This document shows, piece by piece, positions 37,340 to 46,708 of a stretch of DNA of 46,708 nt (its first letter is position 1; every line of letters begins with the position of its first letter). The position numbers were made by a program, and so were the translations under genes. Source of the DNA: a virus (Duplodnaviria > Caudoviricetes); IMG/VR virus record IMGVR_UViG_3300037851_000518, positions 1-46,708 of that record; one strand, 5' to 3'. The notes under the pieces are model-generated. The model did no database searches and had not been told where the DNA came from. It was given only the letters and a program-made list of their open reading frames with translations.

Positions 37340-38503
37340 TTAGGCAAGGCTGATTGTGCGGTGCAGGCTTGCGAGCTGAACCTTCAGCGATGTCGAACCG
37401 AAGATTTCGTGTTTAACCAGATGGTCGTCGGTCTGGGTAATATCACGCCAGTTCAGTTCGAAGTTCGTGAACGGTTTTACCGACACGTACGGCATGTCGA
37501 GCAAATAGCCCTGTTTGCCGGCGGTTGTGAATCCGTGCTTGTCGAGCACAACGTCAATCACGCCTCCGCCGTCAAGCGCCACCTGCCCCATCGTTGCGCC
37601 GATTGTGCTTTCGAATGCCGGGTTCGCCGTCCATCGATCAAAACACATATCGTTGATTCGGCTGTAGCAAGCCTGCGAACAGATAAGCGTTTTGGTCGGG
37701 CTGGAGTTGGTCGGAAGGAACGCATCATTGAAGAGCGTATTGAAATCCTTCCACGTCGGGTCCGCCGGAATTTCAGCGTCCGTCGTGACATACTGCTCAA
37801 GACCCTTGGTGTAGTATGCCGTCTTGCTGTCCTTTGTCCCGATTCCGCCTTTTGAATAGCGAAGCGCAAGGTCCATCTGGCGCATACAAAGAAGCGTCAT
37901 ATTAGCAAACTCTCCATTGATCTGGCCAACACCGTTCAGCATGTCGGTTACTTCCTGCAAGTCGGTGCTTGTCACAGACTGCGAGAAGAAGCTCACCATG
38001 TTGTCGATCTTGGTCGGGAGCCGGACGATTCCGCCGTTTGCGGTTCCGCCTTCTGCCAGCGTTGCGCCAAGCATAACCACTTCGGTTCCAGCCGCCATGC
38101 TGGTCGTTGTGGTGCCCATATGGTCTTCTGTGATGGTGCAGTTGCCGCCAGACACAGCCGTTACAAGGGCGGCGGTGTTATAGGCAGGGAAGAACAGCAC
38201 AGTTCCGGCAACCGCGATTGCGTCGGTCAGCGCGACGGTTCCGCCGCCATCCGTATAGGCGCTCGACAGCGTCGTTTTAACCGCATACTGATCGTCTTCG
38301 AAGAACCAATACTGCGGCTGAGTTGCCGGCGTATCTTTCCGATACATCGACAACATGCGATACAAGAGCGCGGAGCCATTGTTAAGGTTGGTGAACATGG
38401 GGTCAACTTCGTTGATGCGAAGCAGGTCAGACCCTACGGTGCCGATTGCCGGAACCGCGATTCCAGTCAACTGACTGGTTAAGCTGTTGGGTAAATAAGC
38501 CAT
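37340..38503 (-). CDS. Major capsid protein (SU10/DUF5309-like)
   Basis: 387 aa after scaffold; WFFED, EG, N..SFFSQSV, TKGL, C-terminal E..G..SL.V..H. Confidence 0.85.
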   Translation of the reverse strand: MAYLPNSLTSQLTGIAVPAIGTVGSDLLRINEVDPMFTNLNNGSALLYRMLSMYRKDTPATQPQYWFFEDDQYAVKTTLSSAYTDGGGTVALTDAIAVAGTVLFFPAYNTAALVTAVSGGNCTITEDHMGTTTTSMAAGTEVVMLGATLAEGGTANGGIVRLPTKIDNMVSFFSQSVTSTDLQEVTDMLNGVGQINGEFANMTLLCMRQMDLALRYSKGGIGTKDSKTAYYTKGLEQYVTTDAEIPADPTWKDFNTLFNDAFLPTNSSPTKTLICSQACYSRINDMCFDRWTANPAFESTIGATMGQVALDGGGVIDVVLDKHGFTTAGKQGYLLDMPYVSVKPFTNFELNWRDITQTDDHLVKHEIFGSTSLKVQLASLHRTISLA

Positions 38504-38506
38504 ATA

Positions 38507-39220
38507 TTATCCTTTCTGGAGTTCTTTGTGAGCCTGCACCATATCGCGCAGGCTTCCTGTTTTCAAGAGAGCCGGGTGCAATCGTTTGGTTGGCTCGATT
38601 GGTTTTCTTTCTGAAGAGAATCCAGAGCCGCTGAGTCGCTGCGACGGGATCACCCCCGGCTTGCGCTTTCCGAGAGCAAGCTGAATCTGTTCCTGCACAG
38701 ACAGTTTCTTCTCAGGTACTGGTCGCCTGAAGGTTTCCTGCATTTTTTTGGAGCCAAGGACTTCGTCCATGAAAGCCGCACGGCCTTCTTCGGTGGACAA
38801 AACTGTCTTCCGAACGTCTTCGGGAAGCCTTCCGGCCTCACTTTCCAGCTTGTTCCACTCGTCGTCGGTCAGCGCCTTTTCACGGGCGTCGTTCTCCTGC
38901 CTCCACTGCTCTTCGGTTTTTCCGGAGGGCGGTGCATCATCAGGTTTTTTCTCAAATTGTTTTCCGGGTTCCATATTTTTTTTCTCAAGCTCAAGGAGCT
39001 TGCCTCTTAACGCATCAATCTCTTTTCTCGAATCACCGATTGCCCCGCCCTGTTTTGCCTTGATTTCCTCAAGGTCGCGAATCTGTTTGCGAAGAGCTTC
39101 TTCTGCCGCCCGCTGTTCGTTCACCGCAGCCTCTTTCGCCTCAGCCGCAATCTTTGCGTTATACTCCTCGATCGTCTCAACACCATTCGTCTTAAGCATT
39201 TCTTCCAGTGTCATCGCCAT
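38507..39220 (-). CDS. Putative scaffolding protein
   Basis: Charged coiled coil directly upstream of capsid gene. Confidence 0.7.
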   Translation of the reverse strand: MAMTLEEMLKTNGVETIEEYNAKIAAEAKEAAVNEQRAAEEALRKQIRDLEEIKAKQGGAIGDSRKEIDALRGKLLELEKKNMEPGKQFEKKPDDAPPSGKTEEQWRQENDAREKALTDDEWNKLESEAGRLPEDVRKTVLSTEEGRAAFMDEVLGSKKMQETFRRPVPEKKLSVQEQIQLALGKRKPGVIPSQRLSGSGFSSERKPIEPTKRLHPALLKTGSLRDMVQAHKELQKG

Positions 39221-39228
39221 TCCCCTTG

Positions 39229-39594
39229 TTATGTCTCACAGAATCCGATCCGCCCGGAAGGAGACTGTGACGCTGTTTTTATTTCGTCGCTCAACAGCTT
39301 AATCTCTCTGTCGAGTTTTTCAACAACTTTATTGCATGTTTCTTCTGTAAGTTCGGAGATCAGCTCGTGACAGATTCTGCGCCCTTCTTGGCAGCGGGCG
39401 ATGGTATCCCTGTCATCTGGCGAGCACCGATCATATTTGTCAACATAATCGGCAAGCTTCGCTTCAAGCCGCGCTTTCACGCCGGCCATAATGTGAGCCG
39501 TTTGCGGAGAAAGAATGGCGGCCCGCGCATCTCTCCAAAACTGTCTCTTCACAACAAGCGCATCGAGCGCTGCCTGTAGTTCTTTCGTTGTCAT
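39229..39594 (-). CDS. Hypothetical protein between portal and scaffold
   Basis: Start reassigned to 39594; helical, IARCQEG. Confidence 0.7.
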   Translation of the reverse strand: MTTKELQAALDALVVKRQFWRDARAAILSPQTAHIMAGVKARLEAKLADYVDKYDRCSPDDRDTIARCQEGRRICHELISELTEETCNKVVEKLDREIKLLSDEIKTASQSPSGRIGFCET

Positions 39595-39595
39595 C

Positions 39596-41413
39596 CTATA
39601 CGCCTCCCGCCTGTGACGCACCGCCCATCATTGCCTGTTCTCCTTGAGTTTGTCCCGCCTTCTGCTTCGCCGCCTCCTGATCTTGCGCGCTCTGAAGCAT
39701 CTGCTGCTGAGCCTGCATTACATCTGGAGATGCCCGAAGCCTTCTTGCAAGCTCTCTGTCTCCGATGATCCACTCGTCTGCCGCCTGCCAGTCAAATCTC
39801 GGATTGCCCTTAATGACTCCTGCATATATCTGCAAATCCAAAGCCCTGTCGGCTGGCGTCTTGCGGAACTTATCATCCAGAACGATGTTTACATCAAAGG
39901 CATTTCGAAGCTCATTCGCCGTAATCGTCTTCTCAACAAAGCTTTCTTTCGTATCATCGCGAGCAATGTACGTGTCATTCTGTCCAATAACTTGAGCGAG
40001 GATCAGTGTGTGTTCAACAACGGTCCTCAGCCATCCGGTTTCAAGAACCGCGCAGGCAAGCTTTGATCTGGCCTGCGTTGTCTGGAGAAACGACTCGAAT
40101 GCTCCGCCGCCACCGCGAACAACCCCGGCTGTTCCCTGCCCCTGAAACTGTCTCGGCTGGCCGTTCGCTACAGCAAACTGCGTCTCCAGATTGTCGCCGA
40201 TGTTCATTATTCCGTTCGGGAACGGCGGCGGATTCACAAAGCTGATTGCATCGCCAACCTTTCCATACGCCTCAATTCTTCCATGCGGCTCAAGCCCGAC
40301 GTTTGCGTCCTGAACCATCATTCTGTTCACGATGGTTGTCGGATGGAGCGTATACGAAAGCAGGTCCATGATGGCGTTATTGAAAACAATTGCCGCGTCT
40401 GCCGCATCTCTGGATGCCTCAACGTCTCCGACAGGATACCAGTTCCCGCCATCTGGAACAGGAGACGCCTTGATGATAGGGCAGCGAAGCGTTTGGATGT
40501 CATCCTTTATGTGATAGATAATCGTTCCATCCGGGGCCATCCAGATATGCTCGTTCTTGAAGTAGCACTTCAAAACCGGAATGATCACCGGCGTTTTTTC
40601 AGACACAGCAATTCTGGAAATCTGGTTCATCGCCTGCACGTTGCGAAGGATGTTGTTACTTCCCGTAAACTCTTCAAGAACCCACGCAACGGGATAGTAG
40701 CTGAGGTCCATCCGGTTCTTGCGGACGTAATCGATTATTGCGTCCGGATTCCCCTTCAGCAAACCCTCTCCCTTTTCCTTGTCCATGTCGAACATCTGCC
40801 TGAAAACGTCTTCCCGAATCGGAACGAGATGAAACACGCCAGACACATCTTCGGGGCAATCTCCGTCTGGAGTCGGGATGACGCACCGCCAATTAACGTA
40901 GTTGTATTTAAGAACTTCTTTCGGCGCACCAAGCTCCATCGAAACAACCTTTTCCGTCTGGCCTCCGCTGAAAACACGGTTCACGACCCGCTCCGGAGAG
41001 GTGACAATCTCTGTCTCAACAATGCCGTAGCCGACGTTAAACTTAAGCGCGTCCTTCAGTGTAAGAAGACCGTTGCGCTTCACGTCCATCTTCATAACGA
41101 TCAGATCTTCAAGATATTCCTCAACCGGCCTGACAGCCGAATACGGCATCGGCTTTCTTGGGGACAGCGAGAGCATTCCGCTTGACGGGAACATGTAGTT
41201 CATCACGTTCGGAAGAGCCTGCTCAACAGCGGTTCGAACGAACGGAATATAAATCTGTGAGTAGGTTGACCATGTATCCGGAAGCCTGCACTCGAACGCC
41301 TCCTGCATTTTTTCAAGCCGGCGAAGAGCCGGAAGAGCGGCAGAGTATGATTCTTTAAACACGGCGCGAATGTATTCGCCAAGCTTTTTATCTTCTTCCG
41401 AAAGGTCTGCCAT
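39596..41413 (-). CDS. Portal protein
   Basis: 605 aa after TerL; DALKFNVGY, Q-rich C-terminus. Confidence 0.85.
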   Translation of the reverse strand: MADLSEEDKKLGEYIRAVFKESYSAALPALRRLEKMQEAFECRLPDTWSTYSQIYIPFVRTAVEQALPNVMNYMFPSSGMLSLSPRKPMPYSAVRPVEEYLEDLIVMKMDVKRNGLLTLKDALKFNVGYGIVETEIVTSPERVVNRVFSGGQTEKVVSMELGAPKEVLKYNYVNWRCVIPTPDGDCPEDVSGVFHLVPIREDVFRQMFDMDKEKGEGLLKGNPDAIIDYVRKNRMDLSYYPVAWVLEEFTGSNNILRNVQAMNQISRIAVSEKTPVIIPVLKCYFKNEHIWMAPDGTIIYHIKDDIQTLRCPIIKASPVPDGGNWYPVGDVEASRDAADAAIVFNNAIMDLLSYTLHPTTIVNRMMVQDANVGLEPHGRIEAYGKVGDAISFVNPPPFPNGIMNIGDNLETQFAVANGQPRQFQGQGTAGVVRGGGGAFESFLQTTQARSKLACAVLETGWLRTVVEHTLILAQVIGQNDTYIARDDTKESFVEKTITANELRNAFDVNIVLDDKFRKTPADRALDLQIYAGVIKGNPRFDWQAADEWIIGDRELARRLRASPDVMQAQQQMLQSAQDQEAAKQKAGQTQGEQAMMGGASQAGGV

Positions 41414-43319
41414 AGTTTCTCCCCATTAAATCAAATCCGCCAATCTTGCTGCACAGCAGCGGCCTCGTTTCAGCACGAGGTAACGCTCTACTCTCAAAAG
41501 TGTCAACCTTTTTCTTCTTCCGCATAAAGCCAACAGATGTCTTTAGCATTTCTCGCGAATGAATATACGCATACAGCCCGATTGCATACGCAATCAGAGA
41601 GTCATTGCATCCTCTCTTCTCATGATCCGGCCTTCCGTTCTTTCCGACAACGGTTCCGGCAATCTCCTTCAGCACATGAATCGAGCGGATTCCAAAACTC
41701 TTTTCATCAATCCTGTCCTTTATCATCGATCCGATTATGTCGAACAGCATGATGCGCGTCTTCGATGTCGTGAAAAACCCGACGCCCTCCCTCATCTTTC
41801 TGGTTCGGTCGTTGATGACGCTCATTGTATAAATGAACGGGTAGTCCCTGATTTCGGCGAGAAACGTCCCGGAAGACTTCCCGTTTGCTTCCGGTATAAT
41901 CATCGAGTAATTCCAGTATGCCGCCCCATACAGGCACAGTCTGGCAAACTCATCTGTTGGGATTTTCGTTCTCATCGAGGCGACGTGTACAGGCCACGCG
42001 TCCCGCTCTCCATCCTTCGGGAACCTGAAGATATGCGCAGCGTTTGCGTCCGTTCGATCCTCTCCGCTTGAAGACCCCTCAGCCGTATCTACAGACATGA
42101 AATAAACACATCCGTCAGAGCGCTCTTCATGCACTTCCCAGACATCTTCGTCTCCGTCGTCTCCTTCAAGCGCCTCCATCTCCTGAACAAGAAGCTCTCC
42201 GACTGTATCCCATGGCTTTGACGGAACAATTCTCAGATACTCCGGGGCCGCCCGGTATCCGTATACTGCCTTTGTAATATCCTCAAGGAGCCCTTCATAG
42301 TACGGCCTGCCGGCCTGACCAGTATGCAGCCCCCAGATGCGGGCCCCGATCTCCCATTTCGGCATGTACTTCTTCGAATACTCAATCGCTTTTCTGTCCT
42401 GATACGGACAGTCGTACTGCGAGCAGTGATAAACAGGAACTCCCTTCTTAAACAATCCGCCATACGTCCAGCTCAATCCCTTATACGGGGTCGTAATAAG
42501 CCGAACCATTCCGCACCGGACAAGCGCAACCGACATAAACTTCTGATCCGGAGGCTCTTCGTCAAATGTAATCTTATGCAGGTGTTCGTATTCCTGCGTC
42601 TTTCCGGAACCCTCAAGACGGTCGGCCTTCTGCTCATACGTCTTCAGGTTAAGCTTTGCATTCCTGACCAAATGAATAATGTATTCCCTGTTGTCGAATC
42701 CTCCGATTGCCTTCGTCTTGTCAATCAGCGACTCAGGGATCATGTGTTTCATGGCCGGCCACCATGTTTCGTCACGTATCTGCTTCGATGTGACAATCCA
42801 TATCTTCGATCCATGCGGGGCTATTTTTTTCTTAGGGTAAATTCCAGCTCCTGCAACATACCCGCAATCCCACGTTCCGTCAGGCTCCCGCCATTCCCTC
42901 CCAAGAAACTCGCCCGTTACCTGATCGTATCTTCCAAATCGCCTTACGTTGTTCTTCGAAACCTCTCGGCGAAAGCTGGTCTTCTCGCCCTTCGGGACAC
43001 GCATCGAATACGGAATCTCTCCGGTCAGCATGATGATGTCGTCTACGATTTCCCCATAGGTTTTGCCAGTCTGATTCCCGGCAAATGTTGCCGCAAGCGG
43101 AGAGTCATCGAAAAGAAATCCGGTCTGAAACAAATGCGGCGCCTTCCCAATAATCGATACAACATCAGGGTCCGTCAGGCTGACCCCGTCCTCTTTCGCA
43201 ATCTCGTACAACTCTTCGTCACGCTCTTCAACATCCCATGGCTCAAACAGATAAAACGGATGTATCTTCGCAGATGCGTCCGTGAGCGTATCCATAAACC
43301 TGAGTATCTTGCTGCTCAT
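41388..43319 (-). CDS. terL: Terminase large subunit
   Basis: AGNQTGKT, FDEEP, ITTP, VDTAEG, PEAN, NDSLIAYAI. Confidence 0.92.
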   Translation of the reverse strand: MSSKILRFMDTLTDASAKIHPFYLFEPWDVEERDEELYEIAKEDGVSLTDPDVVSIIGKAPHLFQTGFLFDDSPLAATFAGNQTGKTYGEIVDDIIMLTGEIPYSMRVPKGEKTSFRREVSKNNVRRFGRYDQVTGEFLGREWREPDGTWDCGYVAGAGIYPKKKIAPHGSKIWIVTSKQIRDETWWPAMKHMIPESLIDKTKAIGGFDNREYIIHLVRNAKLNLKTYEQKADRLEGSGKTQEYEHLHKITFDEEPPDQKFMSVALVRCGMVRLITTPYKGLSWTYGGLFKKGVPVYHCSQYDCPYQDRKAIEYSKKYMPKWEIGARIWGLHTGQAGRPYYEGLLEDITKAVYGYRAAPEYLRIVPSKPWDTVGELLVQEMEALEGDDGDEDVWEVHEERSDGCVYFMSVDTAEGSSSGEDRTDANAAHIFRFPKDGERDAWPVHVASMRTKIPTDEFARLCLYGAAYWNYSMIIPEANGKSSGTFLAEIRDYPFIYTMSVINDRTRKMREGVGFFTTSKTRIMLFDIIGSMIKDRIDEKSFGIRSIHVLKEIAGTVVGKNGRPDHEKRGCNDSLIAYAIGLYAYIHSREMLKTSVGFMRKKKKVDTFESRALPRAETRPLLCSKIGGFDLMGRNYGRPFGRR

Positions 43320-44071
43320 TTCTTTCGCCTGCCGCTCCGGGGCTGAGGAACCTTCTTCACTTCTTCGATTATCTCATCGTACAACTCCTTCGGAATCTTC
43401 TGCTCAATGATTCTCACAAACGATGCAATCCAGCTCATCACCTGCTCAACAGGTACATACCGGTCGTCTGTTATCTGAAACTCCAGCTTCGCAAGCGTGG
43501 CATACGTCGCAGTCAGTTTCGTCAGTATCGCAATCTTGTATCCGTCACTCGCCGGCTGAGGCCCATTCTTCGTGCTCTCAGTAAATGAACTGTTCGGGTC
43601 GCTCATCTCTTTAATCAAACGCTGTATCTGCGTCTGTATAACAATCGCCTCTTCCCTCGCGCTAAGCACCGTCTCGCACTCATCCGCTTTCCGCTGAATC
43701 TCTTCAGCATACTCACTGTTGTCAATATACCGGTATGGCTTGTCGGGATACCCCTGCTGTATCGCATTGGCCATGTTGGTCGCAACCTCCTGATTTACTC
43801 GCTTCGGGTGCCTGCGCTCGTGAATGTAACAGTACCCAACCCCAACGTGCGGGGTCCCGGTTCCAGCACTCTTGTCACATCGGCATTCGTTGCACACATG
43901 CCCAGCGTCCGTGTGCGGAGCACCCAGCTTAACAGCCTTTCTCCAACTCCGATGCGGACACTTCGGCAACTTGTGCGTAGACGGAAGCCCAAGCGCTGCC
44001 AACGCTTTCCGCTTTCTCGCCTTCCTGTCAACCTGCGTCTCATTCAGCTCTCCTAATTCCTTCGCTCCCAT
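43316..44071 (-). CDS. Putative terminase small subunit with Zn-finger
   Basis: Upstream of TerL with ATGA overlap; C..C.C..AG.GT.H.G.G.C..H; start uncertain. Confidence 0.6.
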   Translation of the reverse strand: MGAKELGELNETQVDRKARKRKALAALGLPSTHKLPKCPHRSWRKAVKLGAPHTDAGHVCNECRCDKSAGTGTPHVGVGYCYIHERRHPKRVNQEVATNMANAIQQGYPDKPYRYIDNSEYAEEIQRKADECETVLSAREEAIVIQTQIQRLIKEMSDPNSSFTESTKNGPQPASDGYKIAILTKLTATYATLAKLEFQITDDRYVPVEQVMSWIASFVRIIEQKIPKELYDEIIEEVKKVPQPRSGRRKK

Positions 44072-45193
44072 AACTCTACCTGCCTCTCCGGTACGTACTT
44101 CACCCCGGTCCCTGTCCGAAATAGCACATACCCATTCTTCCGCCCTATCTCTTCCAACCATACCCAACTCGGAGTCTCACTGCGCCGAGGCCGGCTCCCC
44201 TTGCCCGCCCTCCCTGTAGGTATCGCATCCATCCCGGCTTTCGCTCTTGTCCCATTAACCATTTCTCTTATCATACAAAACCCCACTATAAGGTCCGTGT
44301 CTGGCGGCCATCCGCACCACGGCGTGCGTAGGAAGCTCCGGTGGCCACTATGCCTAGTCCCAGTTCCGGCGGGCTGCAAATACTCTCTTCGCTTCTCATA
44401 CCCATCCCTTATACCCCTTCATCAAATCCATTCAAGAGATTTCTCTACACACATCAACACACCTCTACACACAGGACGTTGTTTGCTTTTGCACCCCCCC
44501 CCCCAATCTCTACCGCCTGTACCACAACGCTTAACCTCACCCATACCCCCAGTTTAAAAATACACCATGTAAGGGGCGGGGGCTGCCCTCTTGTACCTTT
44601 CCCGCTACACGGAACACCCGCAAACACCCTTGGGGCGTCCCTCCCGGTATCCTGCCGTCCTTCGTTTGTTACCTCGCGGCGCGGCGGGGTAACCAAGGCG
44701 AAAGGAGGAACCCGCCGAAGCATCCGGAACGGCTAAGGCTGACTGGCAGATTGTTTCGCGGCTACTTGTGGTAAACGCATAGGGCAAACACTTACCAAAG
44801 CAGGCGGCGGCAAGCGAGTCAGACAGGAATACATGAGTTTCCCGATAGCCTTTTGGGTGTATCTTCGCAGGCCGCCGGAAACCCGCTAATGCGCCACACT
44901 AATGCATAGCTTAGATGCATACCCTCCTGTTTTCCGCGCCTTTCTGGAGCCAAGTTAGACGCCTTCCCGCTTACGTCGCATAATATTTTTTCGCTGAATA
45001 CCAACGGTTTACAACTGCAAACGCGATTTTTTAGGGAGAATCCCCCCCCTTCTCGCTCATGTATGGACCTTACCGGACGGAGACCGTTGGGTGACTGGGA
45101 ACAAAACCGAAAACGGAACTGTGTGGGTGTTATTGCTCTATGGGGGCTTCTCGCATCAAATCGCTTTTGTCGTGACTCGCATCTTTGGCCCGC

Positions 45194-45212
45194 GGTCTAT
45201 GAGTTATAGACC
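45194..45212. promoter_or_regulatory. 19-bp palindrome, copy 4 (GGTCTATGAGTTATAGACC)
   Basis: 22 bp upstream of the -35 box. Confidence 0.85.
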
Positions 45213-45234
45213 AAACAAATGCTGTAAATACATA

Positions 45235-45262
45235 TTGACATTATGCTAAATAGTGATATAGT
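45235..45262 (+). promoter_or_regulatory. Sigma70-type early promoter
   Basis: TTGACA-N16-TATAGT with extended TG. Confidence 0.8.
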
Positions 45263-45324
45263 GCCTTCGTTTTCAATGATCTTTTCCATCTGAATATCTA
45301 GGGCGGTCTTTTAAAGGAGTATCC

Positions 45325-45882
45325 ATGAAAAAGACTGCAAACGAACACAAAAACGTAGCAAAAGAGGCGACAATCGCCTCTATGATGAACACGCTCAAAG
45401 AGGCCGTGTCTGGCTTGGCGCTTGTTGCCAAACTTGACGGAGCATCCGAGGCAGTCGCGAAAGCGAAAAAAGAGGCAAAGGACGCTGTCGCGCGGTCAAC
45501 AAAAACGCTTGTGATGGAAGCCAAGGCGTTGAAGTTGTCGCGCAATGCCCTTTCAAAATACCTTGAAGAGGTGAAGCCGGCGTTTATCGACGCTTACGGG
45601 GAAATCGGCGCGCTTAAAGTGAAGAACGGGAAAACATCCATCGCCAATGCAGCATGGTCCAACAAAAAAGCCTATCTGCTGGCAAAGGTGTTTCCGGTCA
45701 AAGCTGAAAAGGTGCAAGGCGGAAAGGGTGACGGAAGCGCCCTTTCAGAAGAAGAAAAAACCAACACGGGGAACCCTGTTGAAGGGTTCGAAACCGTTTT
45801 CGCGAAACTGTGGGAACGGTATGTTGGAAAAATTGACAAGGCAACCGCTTTGTCAATCGTAAACAAAGTGATGAGTAAATAA
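45325..45882 (+). CDS. First early gene, Lys/Ala-rich hypothetical protein
   Basis: 185 aa, RBS AAAGGAG, own promoter and terminator. Confidence 0.85.
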   Translation: MKKTANEHKNVAKEATIASMMNTLKEAVSGLALVAKLDGASEAVAKAKKEAKDAVARSTKTLVMEAKALKLSRNALSKYLEEVKPAFIDAYGEIGALKVKNGKTSIANAAWSNKKAYLLAKVFPVKAEKVQGGKGDGSALSEEEKTNTGNPVEGFETVFAKLWERYVGKIDKATALSIVNKVMSK

Positions 45883-45909
45883 AAAAAACATGACTGCCCT
45901 AGATATTCA

Positions 45910-45947
45910 ATCCCCGTAAGCACTAACGCTTGCGGGGATTTTTTTTT
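45910..45947 (+). terminator. Intrinsic terminator
   Basis: ATCCCCGTAAGC / GCTTGCGGGGAT plus T tract. Confidence 0.9.
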
Positions 45948-46027
45948 GCTTATTCGCATTTAAAGACAACCGGCGGCCTTTAACCGCCTTTTACAGAAAC
46001 ATGCAAATAAAATATGCTTTAGCGCGC

Positions 46028-46056
46028 TTGACAAGAATATGCGTTTATGATACGCT
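46028..46056 (+). promoter_or_regulatory. Sigma70-type early promoter
   Basis: TTGACA-N17-TACGCT with extended TG. Confidence 0.7.
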
Positions 46057-46133
46057 ATTTGCATACAGTTGAACAAGGCTTGTTCTTTTGTTGTGTTCTT
46101 TCTCATATTGCAAAGTGCTGACAGGGCGCGCCC

Positions 46134-46152
46134 GGTCTATAATTTATAGACC
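46134..46152. promoter_or_regulatory. 19-bp palindrome, copy 5, perfect (GGTCTATAATTTATAGACC)
   Basis: Perfect 9-1-9 inverted repeat. Confidence 0.9.
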
Positions 46153-46219
46153 TACCTCGCTCCAAGGCATGAGGGAGCGGGCCATTATATAGAAATGTTC
46201 TCGCAACCTTGCATATACG

Positions 46220-46420
46220 GTGCGCGTTACAAGCGCAGACGGCAGAAGGGTAAAAATACTGCCGGCACGAAAAAAACCCTGTCAGGATGCTGACTGTTTA
46301 CATACGCCATGCACTTACTCCGTAACCTTAGATGTTATCGGCAACAAATTACGCAAGAGCGGTATAGCAGTTGATGCCCCCTTGAGTCTGAAAGAACGGC
46401 TAAGGAAAACGGCAGATTGA
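46220..46420 (+). CDS. Possible small hypothetical protein
   Basis: 66-aa ORF, GTG start, no clear RBS. Confidence 0.3.
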   Translation: MRVTSADGRRVKILPARKKPCQDADCLHTPCTYSVTLDVIGNKLRKSGIAVDAPLSLKERLRKTAD

Positions 46421-46553
46421 TGCTTGTGCGGTGACGCGCATGTATCGCCCGCATGGATGCTTAAATGGCTGGCGGCGGGAAGCTATAAAACACTTACTGT
46501 AAACGGTTTGCAGTAAACGGTTCCAAGTCCGTGAAAAGTTGAGGATGGCGACT

Positions 46554-46572
46554 GGTCTATAAATCACAGACC
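46554..46572. promoter_or_regulatory. 19-bp palindrome, copy 6
   Basis: 46553-46580 is identical to 783-810. Confidence 0.85.
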
Positions 46573-46586
46573 AGAAAGGAGCTGAA

Positions 46587-46708
46587 ATGAAAATATCAGA
46601 GCTAACCGAAGCGCAGCTTGAGAAAATTGCAGAATCAAATCCGTTATGGCTGGCCGATAACAGACCAGAGTGGATGGATTATAACAGGCCAGCGTGGATG
46701 GCTGATAA
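46587..46708 (+). CDS. 5' part of the octapeptide repeat gene
   Basis: RBS AAGGAG; MKISELTEAQLEKIAESNPLW..., continues at window start. Confidence 0.8.
   Translation, partial: MKISELTEAQLEKIAESNPLWLADNRPEWMDYNRPAWMAD
46617..46708. repeat. Terminal direct repeat / circular overlap, right copy
   Basis: Identical to 1-92. Confidence 0.95.

Noticed and set aside
40283-43346. Long + strand ORFs of 300 and 340 aa
   Set aside because: Antisense shadows of portal and TerL with no recognisable motifs
44170-46586. tRNA genes in the non-coding regions
   Set aside because: No cloverleaf or T-loop consensus found by eye; tRNAscan-SE would settle it

Overview
The window is an apparently complete ~46.6-kb circular (or terminally redundant) genome of a tailed dsDNA phage with podovirus-type organisation: bases 46617-46708 repeat bases 1-92. 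An early/replication arm on + runs from 45325 across the junction to 15428. It encodes an octapeptide-repeat protein, a Zn-ribbon protein plus M28/M20-like peptidase, DUF932-like, SNF2 helicase, replication initiator, DnaB, T7 gp2.5-like SSB, PD-(D/E)XK nuclease, NinG-like, HTH, ASCH-like and many small ORFs. A late arm on - runs from ~44071 to 15415: TerS?, TerL, portal, scaffold, major capsid, tail adaptor/nozzle, three putative ejection proteins (one of 2417 aa with a zincin motif), fibre/LamG proteins, small membrane proteins and a class-3 lipase. I saw no integrase, CI repressor, polymerase, reverse transcriptase, tRNA, CRISPR array or recognisable endolysin. Main observations: (1) a 19-bp palindrome GGTCTATAA-N-TTATAGACC occurs six times at early module boundaries, and the unit of a 29 x 24-bp coding array aligns in register with it; (2) integron attC-like sites lie antisense to small accessory genes, with RBS and start codon inside the site; (3) four putative virion proteins carry Sec-type signal peptides, next to a lipase-containing, endolysin-less lysis region. 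All calls come from motif reading by eye; no searches were run.
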